The notes under the pieces are model-generated. The model ran no database searches. It saw only the letters and a program-made list of their open reading frames with translations, and was not told the DNA's origin. The position numbers and the translations under genes are program-made. This document shows, in pieces, positions 63,425 through 64,000 of a stretch of DNA of 64,000 bases; positions within the stretch are counted from its first letter, which is position 1; each line of letters begins with the position of its first letter. The DNA is from Negaprion brevirostris (lineage: Eukaryota), in contig JARDVH010000059.1 of the NCBI GenBank assembly GCA_030324005.1, positions 112,316,082 to 112,380,081 on the forward strand, given 5' to 3'.

Positions 63425-63523
63425 GTCGTATCCGTAACAGGCAACTACTCACGGGAGCTGGTGCTGGTGATGTTGCTGATTCTCGAGGGCGAAGTCGTAC
63501 AAAAGTGGTGTCTCAATCCCAAC
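63425..63523 (+). CDS. CLASP2: CLASP2 exon (GRIRNRQLLTGAGAGDVADSRGRSRTKVVSQSQ)
   Basis: Acceptor tctag|, donor |gtatgt; 99 nt, phase 1-1. Contains the conserved DSRGRSRTK.VSQSQ. Confidence 0.95.
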
Positions 63524-63685
63524 GTATGTATTTGACATGTTGCCAGTGTGATGGAACATGACTAATTTTGCAAGTCAGGGTACAGCAAAAACTGTTATTT
63601 ATGTGCAGAAAAGATGCATTAGTGTTGTACTTGCCCTTTTAAATGTTGAATGATCTAAGTTTTGAACAACTATTCTGTGCCTCAG

Positions 63686-63712
63686 GTTTAACATCATCTG
63701 AAGATAACAAAG
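63686..63712 (+). CDS. CLASP2: Candidate 27-nt alternative microexon (RLTSSEDNK)
   Basis: ctgtgcctcag|gtttaacatcatctgaagataacaaag|gtatat. Phase 1-1 and open. UGC at the acceptor; TGCATG at 63748-63753. Confidence 0.45.
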
Positions 63713-64000
63713 GTATATTTGCTGTTATTTATATATGTTTTTCTTTTTGCATGTTCTGATGATTTTATGTGAAGCTAAGTGTTGTAATATGTTTGTCAAA
63801 ATTCTTCCTTAAAGTAGTAGACAGCCATGAGCAGCAAATGTGACTTAAATGTATTGCTTTTTTTAAAAGATTTATTGTGAATTTTATAAATGTAAGAAAG
63901 GAAAAGCGGAATTTGGCTCCTTTTCTGCAGAGATTCACCATTCTGTCCTTTTGGGCATTACGTCTTTGTCTTGCAATATTATTTTACAGTTATCTCAAGG

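Noticed and set aside
3756-63523. Calling the gene CLASP1
   Set aside because: Most diagnostic TOG2 residues and the 24-nt microexon match CLASP2 as I recall it.
458-63561. ORF-track entries as independent genes
   Set aside because: They are read-throughs of CLASP2 exons, decayed TE fragments, N-spanning artefacts or short random ORFs. None supports a second gene.
63975-64000. Further acceptor attttacag| at 63989
   Set aside because: The window ends 11 nt later and the peptide does not match the expected next exon (GSRSGSPGR), so it cannot be evaluated.

Overview
Vertebrate genomic DNA, very probably from a shark or other elasmobranch (HE1/V-SINEs, SacSINE1-like Deu-SINEs, abundant CR1 LINEs), in a draft assembly with many N gaps. 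The whole window lies inside one + strand gene, CLASP2. Ten exons with GT-AG boundaries splice in a consistent frame and encode TOG2 plus the start of the S/R-rich linker. An eleventh exon (about 78 nt) is almost entirely hidden in an N gap at 29573-29761. Near the 3' end there is a 24-nt microexon with an SRRM3/4-type signature, an 18-nt GIALED sequence that resembles the mammalian GTASED microexon but has no donor, and a candidate 27-nt microexon. The introns hold CR1, L2-like, Rex1, Penelope, Gypsy and MITE remnants. The most unusual repeat feature is a set of short Penelope-derived fold-back insertions with 12-14 bp target duplications and minimal hammerhead ribozyme motifs. The ORF-track entries are exon read-throughs, TE fragments or noise. 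Repeat boundaries are approximate. Family assignments and comparisons to human CLASP proteins rest on my recall of those sequences, not on database searches.
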